A stretch of DNA of 62,827 nt, the filler included, from Kipferlia bialata (Eukaryota), in assembly GCA_003568945.1 (NCBI GenBank). It is 4 parts of 4 records of this genome, joined end to end, with 100 filler letters (N's around TTAATTAATTAA, not from the genome) between each part and the next. Parts side by side here need not be neighbours in the genome. Positions count along the whole stretch, not along the records: positions 45,608 to 59,853 come from BDIP01000344.1; positions 59,954 to 62,827 come from BDIP01000418.1; 2 more parts are not named here. One strand, given 5' to 3'. Both the position numbers and the translations under genes were made by a program. The notes under the pieces were generated by a model, which saw only the letters and a list, made by a program, of their open reading frames with translations, did no database searches and was not told where the DNA came from. This document shows, piece by piece, positions 52,101 to 62,827 of the stretch. Each line of letters opens with the position of its first letter. Positions within the stretch are counted from its first letter, which is position 1.

Positions 52101-55100
52101 ACGGCCATGGAGTAGAGCCTCACCCCCTGTCCAGCAGTGACAGAGAGACAGTACCTCAGCCCAGATGCAGATGGCATGCTGATAGAGAGAGGTGGGGAGA
52201 GAGGGGTGTCCGGCTGAGCGGGTGTTAGGGGCAGCGGCAGCAGAGACAGCTTGAGTCCCAGGGAGGCAGGCCCACAGAAGTAGCTGTCGGGGCTAGTTGC
52301 ATATGCAGCTACCTGGGAGGCAGCGCAGTTCAGAGCAGCGAGTACATCTGTGTTCTTGAGTCTGAACATGTACCCAGTCACATCTGGACCCCGGATGGCG
52401 GCAGTGTCCCTTGTGAGGCCGTGCTGTCCTGAGAAGGCGGCACCTGCACTGCTGTGGGAGAGAGTGGCAGCTAGGGGGCCAGAGGCAGGGACACCTCCTG
52501 CAGGGGTGGTGGTCTGAGGGGTGAACTTGGGAGAGGGCAGAGTCCCCTGGGACTTGGGGAGGTCTGTATCAACATCCCCAAAGGATGTGCCGCTAAAGAC
52601 GCCATCGTCACTGTCCTCAGACCCTGACCCTGAGTCGGAGTCTGTCCAGAGCTGGAACCCTGGGGAGGGGGCAGGGGTGGGGACCAGCTTGGAGGGCTTG
52701 GATATGGGGCGGGGGGCAGATACAGGTGCAGGTGTAGATGCAGGTGCAGGTGACTGTGCGTGGTCTGTATCAGACAGGGGTGCGAACAGGGCACTCTGTC
52801 GGAGGGGCACCACTATACCACAGCTGTTGACCACCACCCCATACCCACTCTCAGACACAGCCATGCACAGGGTGTCAGTGCCAGCCATGGAGGCAATGCG
52901 GTGGGAGGGGATGGTCTGCAGGGGCACGTCAACGTGAGAGGCTGCTCAGTTAGAGATGGATGGGAGTGGATGACAATAGGTGTATGAGAGTGTATATATA
53001 TACATACCTCCTGGCCCAGTCATTGTTCTAAAGACATCTGCAGCTGCCGAGTCCGATGTGAGAGGCATCGTGTAGGGGGTGAGGCGCCCATCGGCAGTGA
53101 GGCGGTCGGCAAGGAGCTTTCCCACAGAGAGTGTTGAGAGTACTGAGAACTCTCTGGCAGAGGTACCCTCTCCCACACCCTTGTCTGTGTGTGCATATGG
53201 GTTGGCACTCCTAAGCACTACCATGCACATATCACACAATCTGGCACCTGGGGTGAGGGGCAATAGGTACTATTCATTCATGCTGTATACATATAACAGT
53301 GACAACACGTACCATTGACGGTTACCCATATTGTCCTGCCTCCAGACCCGACATGGCACATGATCTGAGGGGTAAGGAAGGCGTATATGAAGAGGGGCGG
53401 GGAGGGGGGGGGGGGGACACATAGGACCAGTCACTGATAGAGGACAAAGTGCATCCATACCTGGGGGTGACTGAGCTCTGTCTCCTTGCCGGGTGTCCTC
53501 TCTCTCTGCCCCACATTGTGGGTGGGGGACTGACCCTCAGGCAGGGGGGTGAAACCAGGGGGGAGGCGGACCCACCTGGGTATTAGACACACAGTGAGCA
53601 TCAACATTGTATAGTACTGCAGCAGTCCTCACCTAGTGCTCCGGTTAGACACCCTCCAAGACGTAGTGTTCTCCGATACCCTGTGCACTCTCTCAAGAGT
53701 GCATGTGAAGACACCTAGAGTGAGCACAGCCAAGATGATACCATATTCACATACAATATACATCCACACAGTATATACAACATATGAAGGTAACACTACG
53801 TCAGGGGTCGTACCTATCAGCGCCATGTCAGGCGGGGTACTGTCTGCCGGGACCAGAGACACGCACCCTGGGGTGTGCAGGAAGGCCCTAGCCACCACAC
53901 ACCTGGCCTCCACCACCTCTCCCCCTAGGGAGGTGGGTATAGCAGAGGGAGAAGGAGAGGGGTTGGCCTGGTCCGCAAAGCGCACAGCCTTGATAGGTGC
54001 ACCCCTACCAGGCCCAGGGGAAGAGACACCAGACTTGACAGACTTCATAGGGTCTGTGAATGGGTTGTATGCCTCCTTCCCCTTAGTGTTGCCCTTGTCC
54101 GCCTGGCCCTTCTTCTTGTTGGGGTCTGTGAATGGGTTGTAGGGGGCATCAGTACTGCCAGCCGCAGGTACACTCTCCTTCACAACAGTGGGTACTGGAC
54201 CCTTCCGGCTGACTCCAGCTGTGTCCTCAGGCACACTCGTGTCAAAGCATGCACCCATACACGTCCTGACGTCAGTATAGTACTGAACAGGAAACACTTG
54301 GAGTATGTGGTAATATGTATATAGACACACCTGGGTCCGATATAGGGGAGCAAGAGAGCTGCCCTGTCTATCTCCCTCTCTGCATCTGGCTCTGGACACC
54401 GCTGGAGGCGCTCACCAGCTGGTATCACGCCTAGCATGGTACCGGGTACAGTAGTCCAGCCTAGACAGTGAGAGAGAAATGGTGATAGCGAATGAAACAT
54501 CCATCTAATATGCCTGTACCCACCTTGCTTGAGGCCACTGTCCCAGAGCCCCACCCCCTCCCTGGCACTGCAGCACACCACGGCAGAGGGCAGTCCCTTC
54601 CTAGCCATGAGGGGGGACGACACTGCCAGGGGGACAGGGTAGGCAGGGCGGGTCAGGGGGCGGGCGGCAGGGGGGGCCTTCACACCTAGAGGTCAGAGAG
54701 GGTACATATCATATTAGGTCACAAATATATACATACTAGTACCTGGTTTGCAGAACAGACCCCCCAGCTTCTGGAAGGGAGACTGGCTTCTCTTGACAGG
54801 CAGCGCAGGGGTAGCCTCGGGGAGGGGGTGGGTCAAGAACCGGATGGAGCGGGTGGTGTCACCTGTGGGTAAGAGACACATACATAGACTATAAGTATAT
54901 ATCGCGTTATAGGGAGAATATATACCTGATTCCGAGTCACACACCCATACTGTCCCGTCACTCTTCACCACACACAGAGACACCCCGTCCTCACTGCTCT
55001 TGTGGTACAGAGACTTGGTCAGCTCTGCCCGTAGCTCAGAGAGACCCACCCTAGTGTTAGAGAGGATGACTCAGAAGATAAGAGGGGATAGGGGGGGGGG

Positions 55101-55566
55101 GGGGGGGGGGGGGGGGAAGGGGGGGGGGGGGGGGGGGGAGGGAGGGGGGGGGGGGGGGGGGGGGGGGAGACAAACCCGCTTACCCGAATCTGCTCCATCC
55201 ACGACTGTAGTGCGTTACGTCTCAGTCGATTTAAGGTCTTCTCTTGCAGGGAAAGCGCCTTCCTCCCTGCCCTGAGGGCTTGGAAGGCACTGGGGTTAGA
55301 GATGGGTATACTTGTATATATTACTATTATATACGTCGTTGAGACAATCATCACCATGGGGGGGGGGGGGGGGGATATATATATGACATAGGACAAAGTT
55401 ACTGTGACATAGTACATATACACTCTCTAGTGGCTATATCATGCATGATTGGGGTCAGGAACTGGAAAGAGAGTGACAATTATACCACTATACTTGAGAT
55501 CTCTCATTGCATATATACAGAAACATATATCAGTATGGCCACAAGTACTCACCAATATTTGGGCAT
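46119..55566 (-). CDS. Very large (>2000 aa) protein: N-terminal WD40-like region, helical middle, long Pro/Arg/Glu low-complexity C-terminus; possibly CPLANE1/JBTS17-like
   Basis: ORFs 51038-52927, 49909-50298 and 47191-49893 are linked by GT-AG introns. WD-like KSSEDGVSLCVVKSDGTVWVCD. Start exon (MPKY at 55566) is tentative. Gene presence is well supported; identity is weak. Confidence 0.6.
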
Positions 55567-55593
55567 CTCAGGCCGGTGTGTGTTCAAGTCGGC

Positions 55594-58500
55594 TTAATCA
55601 ATGCCCTTGAAGACGATGGCATCCTCTTCATCCTTTAACCACTGAGGAAAAACTGTGATACAAAGGGTGTAGCACTCAACAGTGAGTCTAATCAACCCGA
55701 CAAGGCTTAATGATACTCAATCTATTACTACATGTTCCCAATACTCAAGACTTCGCCCCCGCGGCCATAGTTTCCCTGAAGACAGAGGGTGTTCCATCAA
55801 CAATTCCAAATCACCGTGATTCTAGCGCATACTACTGTGTGGTGTATGTGCAGTTGAACCCCAGGCCACTAGTGTAGTCCAGGTCTGTCTCTGATACTAT
55901 TCTATACGAAGCACTAGTCCCATTATGATAGCTCTTCTGGGTAGGGGAGAGGGGGTAAAAATAGTTATAATATTGGGGCCCAATTGGGGCCACCATGTCA
56001 AGCCGTCCTACTCTCACTGGTACTGCGCTACTTGCCGTACTCTTTCAGCATTCCGACTACTAGCTGTGGGTGAGATGGCTGGAACACAAAACTGGGCAAA
56101 CGTCCAATGGCAGTATAATGGTGAACCTATGTTTCATTCCACTCCCCTGTTCCCATCCCCAACTATATTCATAACCTATATACATACCTCTCTCTTTGGC
56201 CTCATCCCCGTCCCACCTATACATATATATCAAAGACTCTATGTGACATAGACATGTTGAGCAGGGTACCAGTCCCGCACTATATATCATAGTCTACTAT
56301 ATCATATAGTGTACAAATATTACATACCTCTCTCTTTGGCCTCGTCCCCGTCCCACCTGGGCATATTGAGTAGGGTGGTGCCGAAGAGAAGCTGGAGATG
56401 AGAAAACAGCCAATACAGACACAATGCTCCTATGACCAGCACTGTACTACCTCACTGCTCAGGGTTAGCACTCCATACGAAGGCTTGTCTCGATGATACC
56501 TGTCACGCTCTAGTGTCAGTTCAGATATATATGTTAAACATATATATGCGACGGAATGCTTCTTGAGAGATATCACTACTTCATATGGTGAGGTCCATAC
56601 GCACCATGGGGGATGAATGTGACTAGAACAGACACAGAGCCCTCTACAATGGAGTAGATGGACATCGTCAGTACATAAGGAGTGAACCTGCAGGTGAGAG
56701 CCAACGACAGACACGAGGGCTGAGACACAAATGATATTGGAATAGAAGTGAAAGAAATGTGATATTCTACCAACCCTCACACACCTTGAGTCTACACCAC
56801 GCCACGGCCCATCCTCCTGCCATGACCTGTGAAGGCTCTCCTCCTCCTGCTCACTGGGCTCAGGGAAGAGATGCCCTATCATGTACCATTCACCGGAGAC
56901 ACAGTCATACAGACAGGCCTAGAGTGTCAGTATGGGTACGTAAATAGATTTATGTATATGGATAGGTGTAAATATATTTGTACCTGCAGTTATAGGGATA
57001 TAATATCTGATCTAGTACATAGCACACGCATATATATATATAGTGCATGCATATACTCCAACACTACATCAGTGACATTCATAGATTCCACACAATGTAG
57101 CGGATGAACATAGCTAGGTGATATATACATATACCTATATGTAAATGTGAATATGTATGTGTATATATGTACCTCTTTGGCTATGTCCCCAAGTGCTAGG
57201 ATCTTGCGACCTGGGAGCTGGATGTTAGAAGTCAGGGAAGAGCCATTCACACATTACTATCCACAAGAGTGACTGTAAAGACTCGTGAAGATGTACCCCT
57301 ATCAATGATCCCTCTGGCAAGAAGTTGCAACCATCGACAACAGCATCCTTCCACTTGCAGCCAACACGTCCATCCCTGTACGCAAGGGCCAGGGATATGT
57401 GGTGGAACTCACTCCTGGGATTCAGTTGTGAAGTATACAGTACTCACTAACTGCATGTATATTGGGAACCTTGTAGTTTTGGCCCTGTACCAGGGCCTTC
57501 CATCCTCTCCGCTAGCATGAGCTCTCTTGGCCTCTATAGCTGCCTCTTCAGCTGTCATTGGGACAGTGTACTCCCTGAACATGTACAGGGTATCATTGGA
57601 GACGGCATGGCTGCCAGTGAGAGGAAGATTAGAGATTGGTAAACATGATGGAGACCTCACCCTTCAGTGCCGGACCCTACATCTATGTGGCCAGGTATAT
57701 CAGGTAGAGGGCACCATAGCCTGGAGGTCAGAAGTGTTCATCGACGGGAAGAAGTGATTGGCTATAACCCGAACCTCGTCTCTGGATCATAAAGGGACAC
57801 TGACCGAGACCTATACTTCTCGCCAATCTTCTTGCCAGTCGTATATCCACCTACAACGACAAGCTACGCGTGAGACTTGTGGACACATACTGAATCAACA
57901 GCATGAATCACTGAATTCCACATAGCGGAAATCTATATCCTATAAACTCACTAAGAATGTACACGTACCTTCCCATCCAGACAGCATGTGATTGGGTTAT
58001 GAGCAGGTGGGCGCCAGAAGGACTCATACTGACGCTCCGGTCCGTCACAAGCCCGCAACCACTCCCGCCTCCTCTCCCCTGCCTCTCTCTCCCTCTCTAG
58101 GACACCAGGCACTAGTCGCTGGTGACCGTCTATATGATAACAATCTTGCAGGTGTTCCAGTGTGTGATGGACGTTGAATCGACAACACTGGAGTCTCTCG
58201 TGCGTTGGTCGGTCCTCATCCTCAAAACAAGGGCAGCAACAGTGCTTAGAATCAGGGTCGAACGGACCCTCGGTACCACCTTCCGTCTTCAACTTCTCTT
58301 CCAACTCCCTTAGTGACTCACGGTACTTCAAGAACCTATCACGGTGATGAATCTGATATCAGTAAGTACATAGGAAGTGATATTGAAACATATCACATCG
58401 GTATAATAATCAATAGTTCAAGAGACAGTATATATAGATCCATACTGCACTATTTGGCTGACGCCCACATACTCACCCGAAGCCTGTGGGTGTTCAGATG

Positions 58501-59790
58501 CGATTCTCTGCTCCACATGAGCGACGACCACTGCTTAGGGGTCAACAGGTCAAGCTCCCCAGCCGCCCTCCTCCGATCCACTTCCTCCAGAATAGTGCTC
58601 CTCTGGCAGTAAGTCTAGCGAGGACAAGAATTGAGGAGAGGCCTCTATACACTTATGGTGTCGCAATATATAAATACCACATACCATGTCCCTCCTGACC
58701 CAGTTCTCCGTTGGGATATCATACTCGTGGATGTAACTCTGATCTGCCTCCTTGGATAGACCTACATACAGCACCTTGTCCTGCACACGACACACAGAGA
58801 GGTATCCTGGTATCGGGGAGCACAAACATACAAACACATATTGAAACATATGTGTATGACTATATATAGATAGATTATACCCACCATCTGATCCCCGTTC
58901 CATCTCGTGTGGCATAACCAACTCATCGTTTGCTCTGGGCTGTTCAGGGCACGTCTCTGTACAGGTTACTGAGGAGAACCAACTCTGCTAATTAGGAGAC
59001 CAGTTATGTCTGCAATCATAAAGTAGACACCGTAGATAATAATTATTACTAACATTACAAACATTACCATTGTAAGACCATTCTTAGATCATAGTCTAAA
59101 TCTCAAGTGAAAGTCTCCATCGAAAGGTAGCATACTCTTACTCACCCTGTCGTCCCAGTCTATGGCCAGACTCTCTTCCAGGATGAATTTGTTCTAATGT
59201 ATGAGTTGAAGAGAATCTGACCATAATCTAATTGATAGTGACAAAGGGAATAGTGCCACTACCACCATGTGTATCTTACCTGTATTGGGTCACTGCAGTG
59301 CCTGTCACAGATCTGGGAGTGAGGGATGAGTATAGCCAAAAAGAGCAGCCTTACTGGCAAAGAACAGTTAGTGGAGACTGACAAGCCATAGCAGCGATGA
59401 GTCATCATTGCACAATGGATATTTCTATACATTATGGATTGTTGTTGTGGGAAGAGACCCCACCTGGCATACCATGACCCTTCTCTCCCCGATATGGACA
59501 CCAGTCATATGGGAAGGGTCCCTCATGAATCTGGGGGTTAGGTGAGTCAGGTAATCTATCATCCTTGCATGTCAATACTATACCTATTTGAAGAGAGGGA
59601 GAGAGAAGATAAGATAAGATAATAGAAGAGAATACACCATACCTATACCGATTCTCATTGTACTTCCGTTCCCTATAAAACTCTCGATAATCCACAAGAG
59701 GGGGGAAGTCCTCGACCACAAGCACCCGAGGCAGAGCAAGCTAGGGTCACGTTTGAAGTGGAAAGGTAATGGGGTGAGAAAGTACAGAGG
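55594..59790 (-). CDS. Multi-exon hypothetical protein(s) with degenerate Kelch-like motifs; 5' end at the scaffold edge
   Basis: Exons with VQDKVLYVG...IHEYDIPTENW, AVSNDTLYMF and ACLYDCVSGEW; probable terminal exon WLKDEEDAIVFKGID*. The exon chain is not fully resolved. Confidence 0.5.
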
Positions 59791-59853
59791 ATATAGTGGA
59801 TGCGCTTGGGGGGGGGGGGGGGGTTTCCCACATTTTGCCCCCCCCATTTGGGT

Positions 59854-59953
59854 NNNNNNNNNNNNNNNNNNNNNNNNNNNNNNNNNNNNNNNNNNNNTTA
59901 ATTAATTAANNNNNNNNNNNNNNNNNNNNNNNNNNNNNNNNNNNNNNNNNNNN
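59854..59953. other. Artificial scaffold-concatenation linker
   Basis: N44-TTAATTAATTAA-N44. Confidence 0.97.
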
Positions 59954-60038
59954 CTTTAGCCGCATACTACTCTTTTGGTCTCTCTCTCCTCCCCCCCTCC
60001 CCCCCCCCTTCTTCTTCTATTCTCATTTCTGACCCCAG

Positions 60039-61729
60039 ATCCCTCCCTGGGCCCTGGTCTAGTTGTGGCCTCGTGTCTGCCAGAGAGTATGGCATGGGCT
60101 GAGTCTGCAGCAGAGTTCCGCCCTGGCATACACGTGTGTGACCTATCCACCTTCAAGGACAGGGTGCAGGCTGGGGAGGGAGTGTGGGAGCACTACCCCC
60201 TGCCCCCACCTGACACTGAGGTACACAGCAGCTTGGTAGATTCATCTCTTTGTTCTTCTTCCCGTCCAACATCAGGCCATCACCCAGCTGTTGCCCCCCA
60301 TCCCTAGTACACCCCAGTCAGACAGTGCCACACAGCATGCAGCCCCTGCCCCTGAGGTCTCTCCCTCCCATGTCCTACTAGCACTGAGGAGGGCAGTCCA
60401 CAGACGCATATCGTGCATACCACCGGGGAAGAGTGTCGGGGTGCTGTTCAGTGGAGGTAGGCACAGAGTCACACACATTCACCCTGACTGGGATGACTTC
60501 TTGGTATCTCACTAGTGTATAGATATATACTCCACCACCCTCTCCCCCCAGGTGTTGACTGTGCTCTGTTGGCATGGCTGTATGCCCAGCACATGTCACA
60601 GCACTCAACCCATGCACAGTCCAGCCTGGTCCTGTGCTCTGTCTCGTTTGGTCCCTCTGCCGGCACTGCACCCGACAGACTCTCTGCCATCCACTCCTTC
60701 TATGCCATGTTCAGAGAGGGTCAGGAGGGGGATGGAGGTGCAGAGGTGGAGGTAGAGCGGGATACGCTGATGAGGGGGGAGGTCTCCCACACCACCCCCT
60801 TCACCATCCATGGCTCCGGTGCCTACTCCTTTGTGCGCCTTGTCCTCCTAGACATACCCTCCCCCCTAGCATGTCAGGCTGTGCCTATAGTCAGTGCCCA
60901 GGTCAGGCCCCACCCCGTCTCAGTCATGGACGTCAACATAGGCACAGTGTTCCACCACGCAGGTAGGGGCAGGGGGTCTGGGTCTGTATATGTTCCTACT
61001 ATATATATCTGTGAGTACTCATCTCCTCATTATACCTCACCCTCTCACCCCCAGCGTGTGTGCTGGCCTCCCTTGACTGCAAGGTGGTGGTGTCTGGGCT
61101 GGGGGCAGACGAGATATTCGGGGGGTACAAGAGACACGGCACCATACTCAGAAGGGTACGTGTGGCATTTGATGTCTCTTGGTCGTGTACTGTATTTACC
61201 ACCCCACCTCCTACCCCAGGATGGCCCTGATGCTGCCCTTAAGGAGATGCAGATGGACATTGATAGGCTGTGGGAGAGGAACCTTGGGAGAGACGACAGG
61301 ATAGTGAGTCAACACGGAGTGGAGCTGAGGTGAGTGTGGTGGAAGGATATATATGTCTCTCCACGCATCCGTATGGTGTTGTTTCCTGAGTCTCTGTCTC
61401 CCACCACCCACCCCAGACTGCCCTACCTAGACCCCGAGGTCATAGCAGTCGGTGCCAGGGCAGTGCCCCCTAGACTGGCCAGGGACGAGGGGGACAAGGT
61501 GGGGGGCCACTCTGTATATGTATCTATATTGTCAACGAGCTGTGTCTCCCCTGACCCCCAGGTGTCTCTGCGTGAGGCTGCCGCCCTCTCTGGCCTCCCC
61601 TCCCCTGTATGTGATAGGCCTAAGAGGGCTGCCCAGTTTGGAAGTAGGTCTGCTAAGGTGGTCAGGGGGAACGGGACAGTGGCTCTGACTAGGGAGGACG
61701 TGGGTAGGATAGGGGAGGGGCAGGGCTAG
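60039..61729 (+). CDS. ASNSD1: Asparagine synthetase domain-containing protein 1, C-terminal part
   Basis: VLFSGG|VDCALLA, APDRLSA, MDVNIG...GRGRG, GLGADEIFGGYKRH, DIDRLWERNLGRDDR, R|LPYLD, GDK|VSLR and KRAAQFGSRSAK. Confidence 0.93.
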
Positions 61730-62215
61730 GTTCATCGATACACAAAGTGTCCTTGTCAATTGTCACTAGAGTGGCAGTAACCTTGTGAGTCCCCGCATAC
61801 GACTATGTCATGTCTTCCCGTCGTGAGAATGATAGGATTGAGTCACCTTGTACGGAGACAGTTTCCCTGGGTTCTAGCCCATGCGATAAGACAGTCTACT
61901 ATGTTCCCACACCCTGTCTGGTGGACACACCCTGTGCAGGGTAGGGTGCCACCTTGCCAATGACATAACCAATCAGGGTCAGTGCTAGGGATAGTCCTGA
62001 TCAACAGCCAGTGTATCCGTGTACATGCCATATGGTGTGGTCCTAACCCAATGATGCGGACACGACATGCAGCCATTGTCCCTTTGGCTCTTATGACCAG
62101 GAATTATTGTCTATGTCTAAATAGAAAGAGAGTGACGGAACGTGTAGGATCTACTCTATCCAAAAATTCATGCACCCTTCATCAAGATCCGAAGCATGGT
62201 ACTCTCTACCCCTGC

Positions 62216-62749
62216 ATGACTCAGGACGACCCCAAGAAGCGCCTGCCGGACCCGCAGCGGTATCTGTATGGGAACCGGCCCCGCATACCATCTGTGCCTG
62301 GGTCCCAGCCTCTAGGGGACAAGACCCACCTGGCCAATCTCCACAGGTATATATAGACATAGTGGAACCATGTTACTTCAGATTGTTCCCTCTAACCACT
62401 CAGGGAGATTCCCAGGGTCAGAAGGGGCGGTGGGATTGGCGCCAAGCCCACCCCAGGGGGCCTACCCCCAGGCAGCAGGGGAGCCCCCTCTGTGACCAGC
62501 AGTCTCACCACTCAGGTACCCATTGGGATATACACAATCATTTGTCCATAGGTTAACCTGCGCCTAACCTCTCAGCTGGCTGGGCGTCTGCGTGAGGCCG
62601 AGGCTGAGGTAGCCTCTCTGAGACAGAGACTCAAGACGGCGGATGCCCACAACAGGCAGCTGGAGGAGAGGCTGCTGGGTATCGAGGACCCCATGGCCAG
62701 TGCCCAGTACCACACTCTCTACCAGTATGCAGAGACACTCCACGAGCAG
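62216..62749 (+). CDS. 5' exons of a coiled-coil protein, UBXN11/Socius-like (partial)
   Basis: MTQDDPKK...|...GGGIGA...SSLTTQ|LAGRLREAEAEVASLRQRL...YAETLHEQ resembles the UBXN11 N-terminal coiled coil. SEP/UBX domains would lie beyond the window. Confidence 0.45.
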
Positions 62750-62784
62750 GTGCGGTTGTCATTACCCTTCTCTCTCTCTCTCTC

Positions 62785-62816
<32 letters not shown>

Positions 62817-62827
62817 ACCTCCCCCTC

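Noticed and set aside
1..62827. Alternative genetic code (TAA/TAG=Gln as in hexamitid diplomonads)
   Set aside because: Genes end plausibly at TAA (22040), TAG (61729, 2440) and TGA (19521), and long exons lack in-frame TAR codons
1..62827. tRNA, rRNA, snRNA genes and mobile elements
   Set aside because: None recognised by eye; a covariance-model search would be needed to exclude small RNAs

Overview
Eukaryotic, intron-dense genomic DNA from a draft assembly. The window joins four unrelated scaffolds (1-22740, 22841-45507, 45608-59853, 59954-62827) with artificial N-TTAATTAATTAA-N linkers, and also has internal N gaps. Short GT-AG introns with a branch point fused to the acceptor (YTNAC-(C-rich)-AG), GA/TA microsatellites, ERERE-rich proteins and the standard genetic code suggest a free-living fornicate/metamonad such as Kipferlia bialata; this is an inference. 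Manual splicing gives about 17 genes. They include a SET-domain protein, MPP6-like, Get2/CAML-like and ARM-repeat proteins, a GluR0-like ionotropic glutamate receptor with M4, a multi-C2H2 zinc-finger protein, SBDS, a PWI/SRRM1-like protein, DUF445, a very large WD40/CPLANE1-like protein, ASNSD1 and a UBXN11-like protein. Three observations stand out. (1) Introns repeatedly contain 'echo' copies of the adjacent splice junction plus 15-55 nt of exon, and many echoes differ from the true exon mainly at synonymous codon positions. (2) The glutamate-receptor channel is prokaryote-like, has M4, and has a shortened K+-filter motif. (3) There is a perfect 16.6-kb zero-spacer palindrome, probably an assembly fold-back. 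Exon boundaries and homology calls come from reading by eye; no database search was run.
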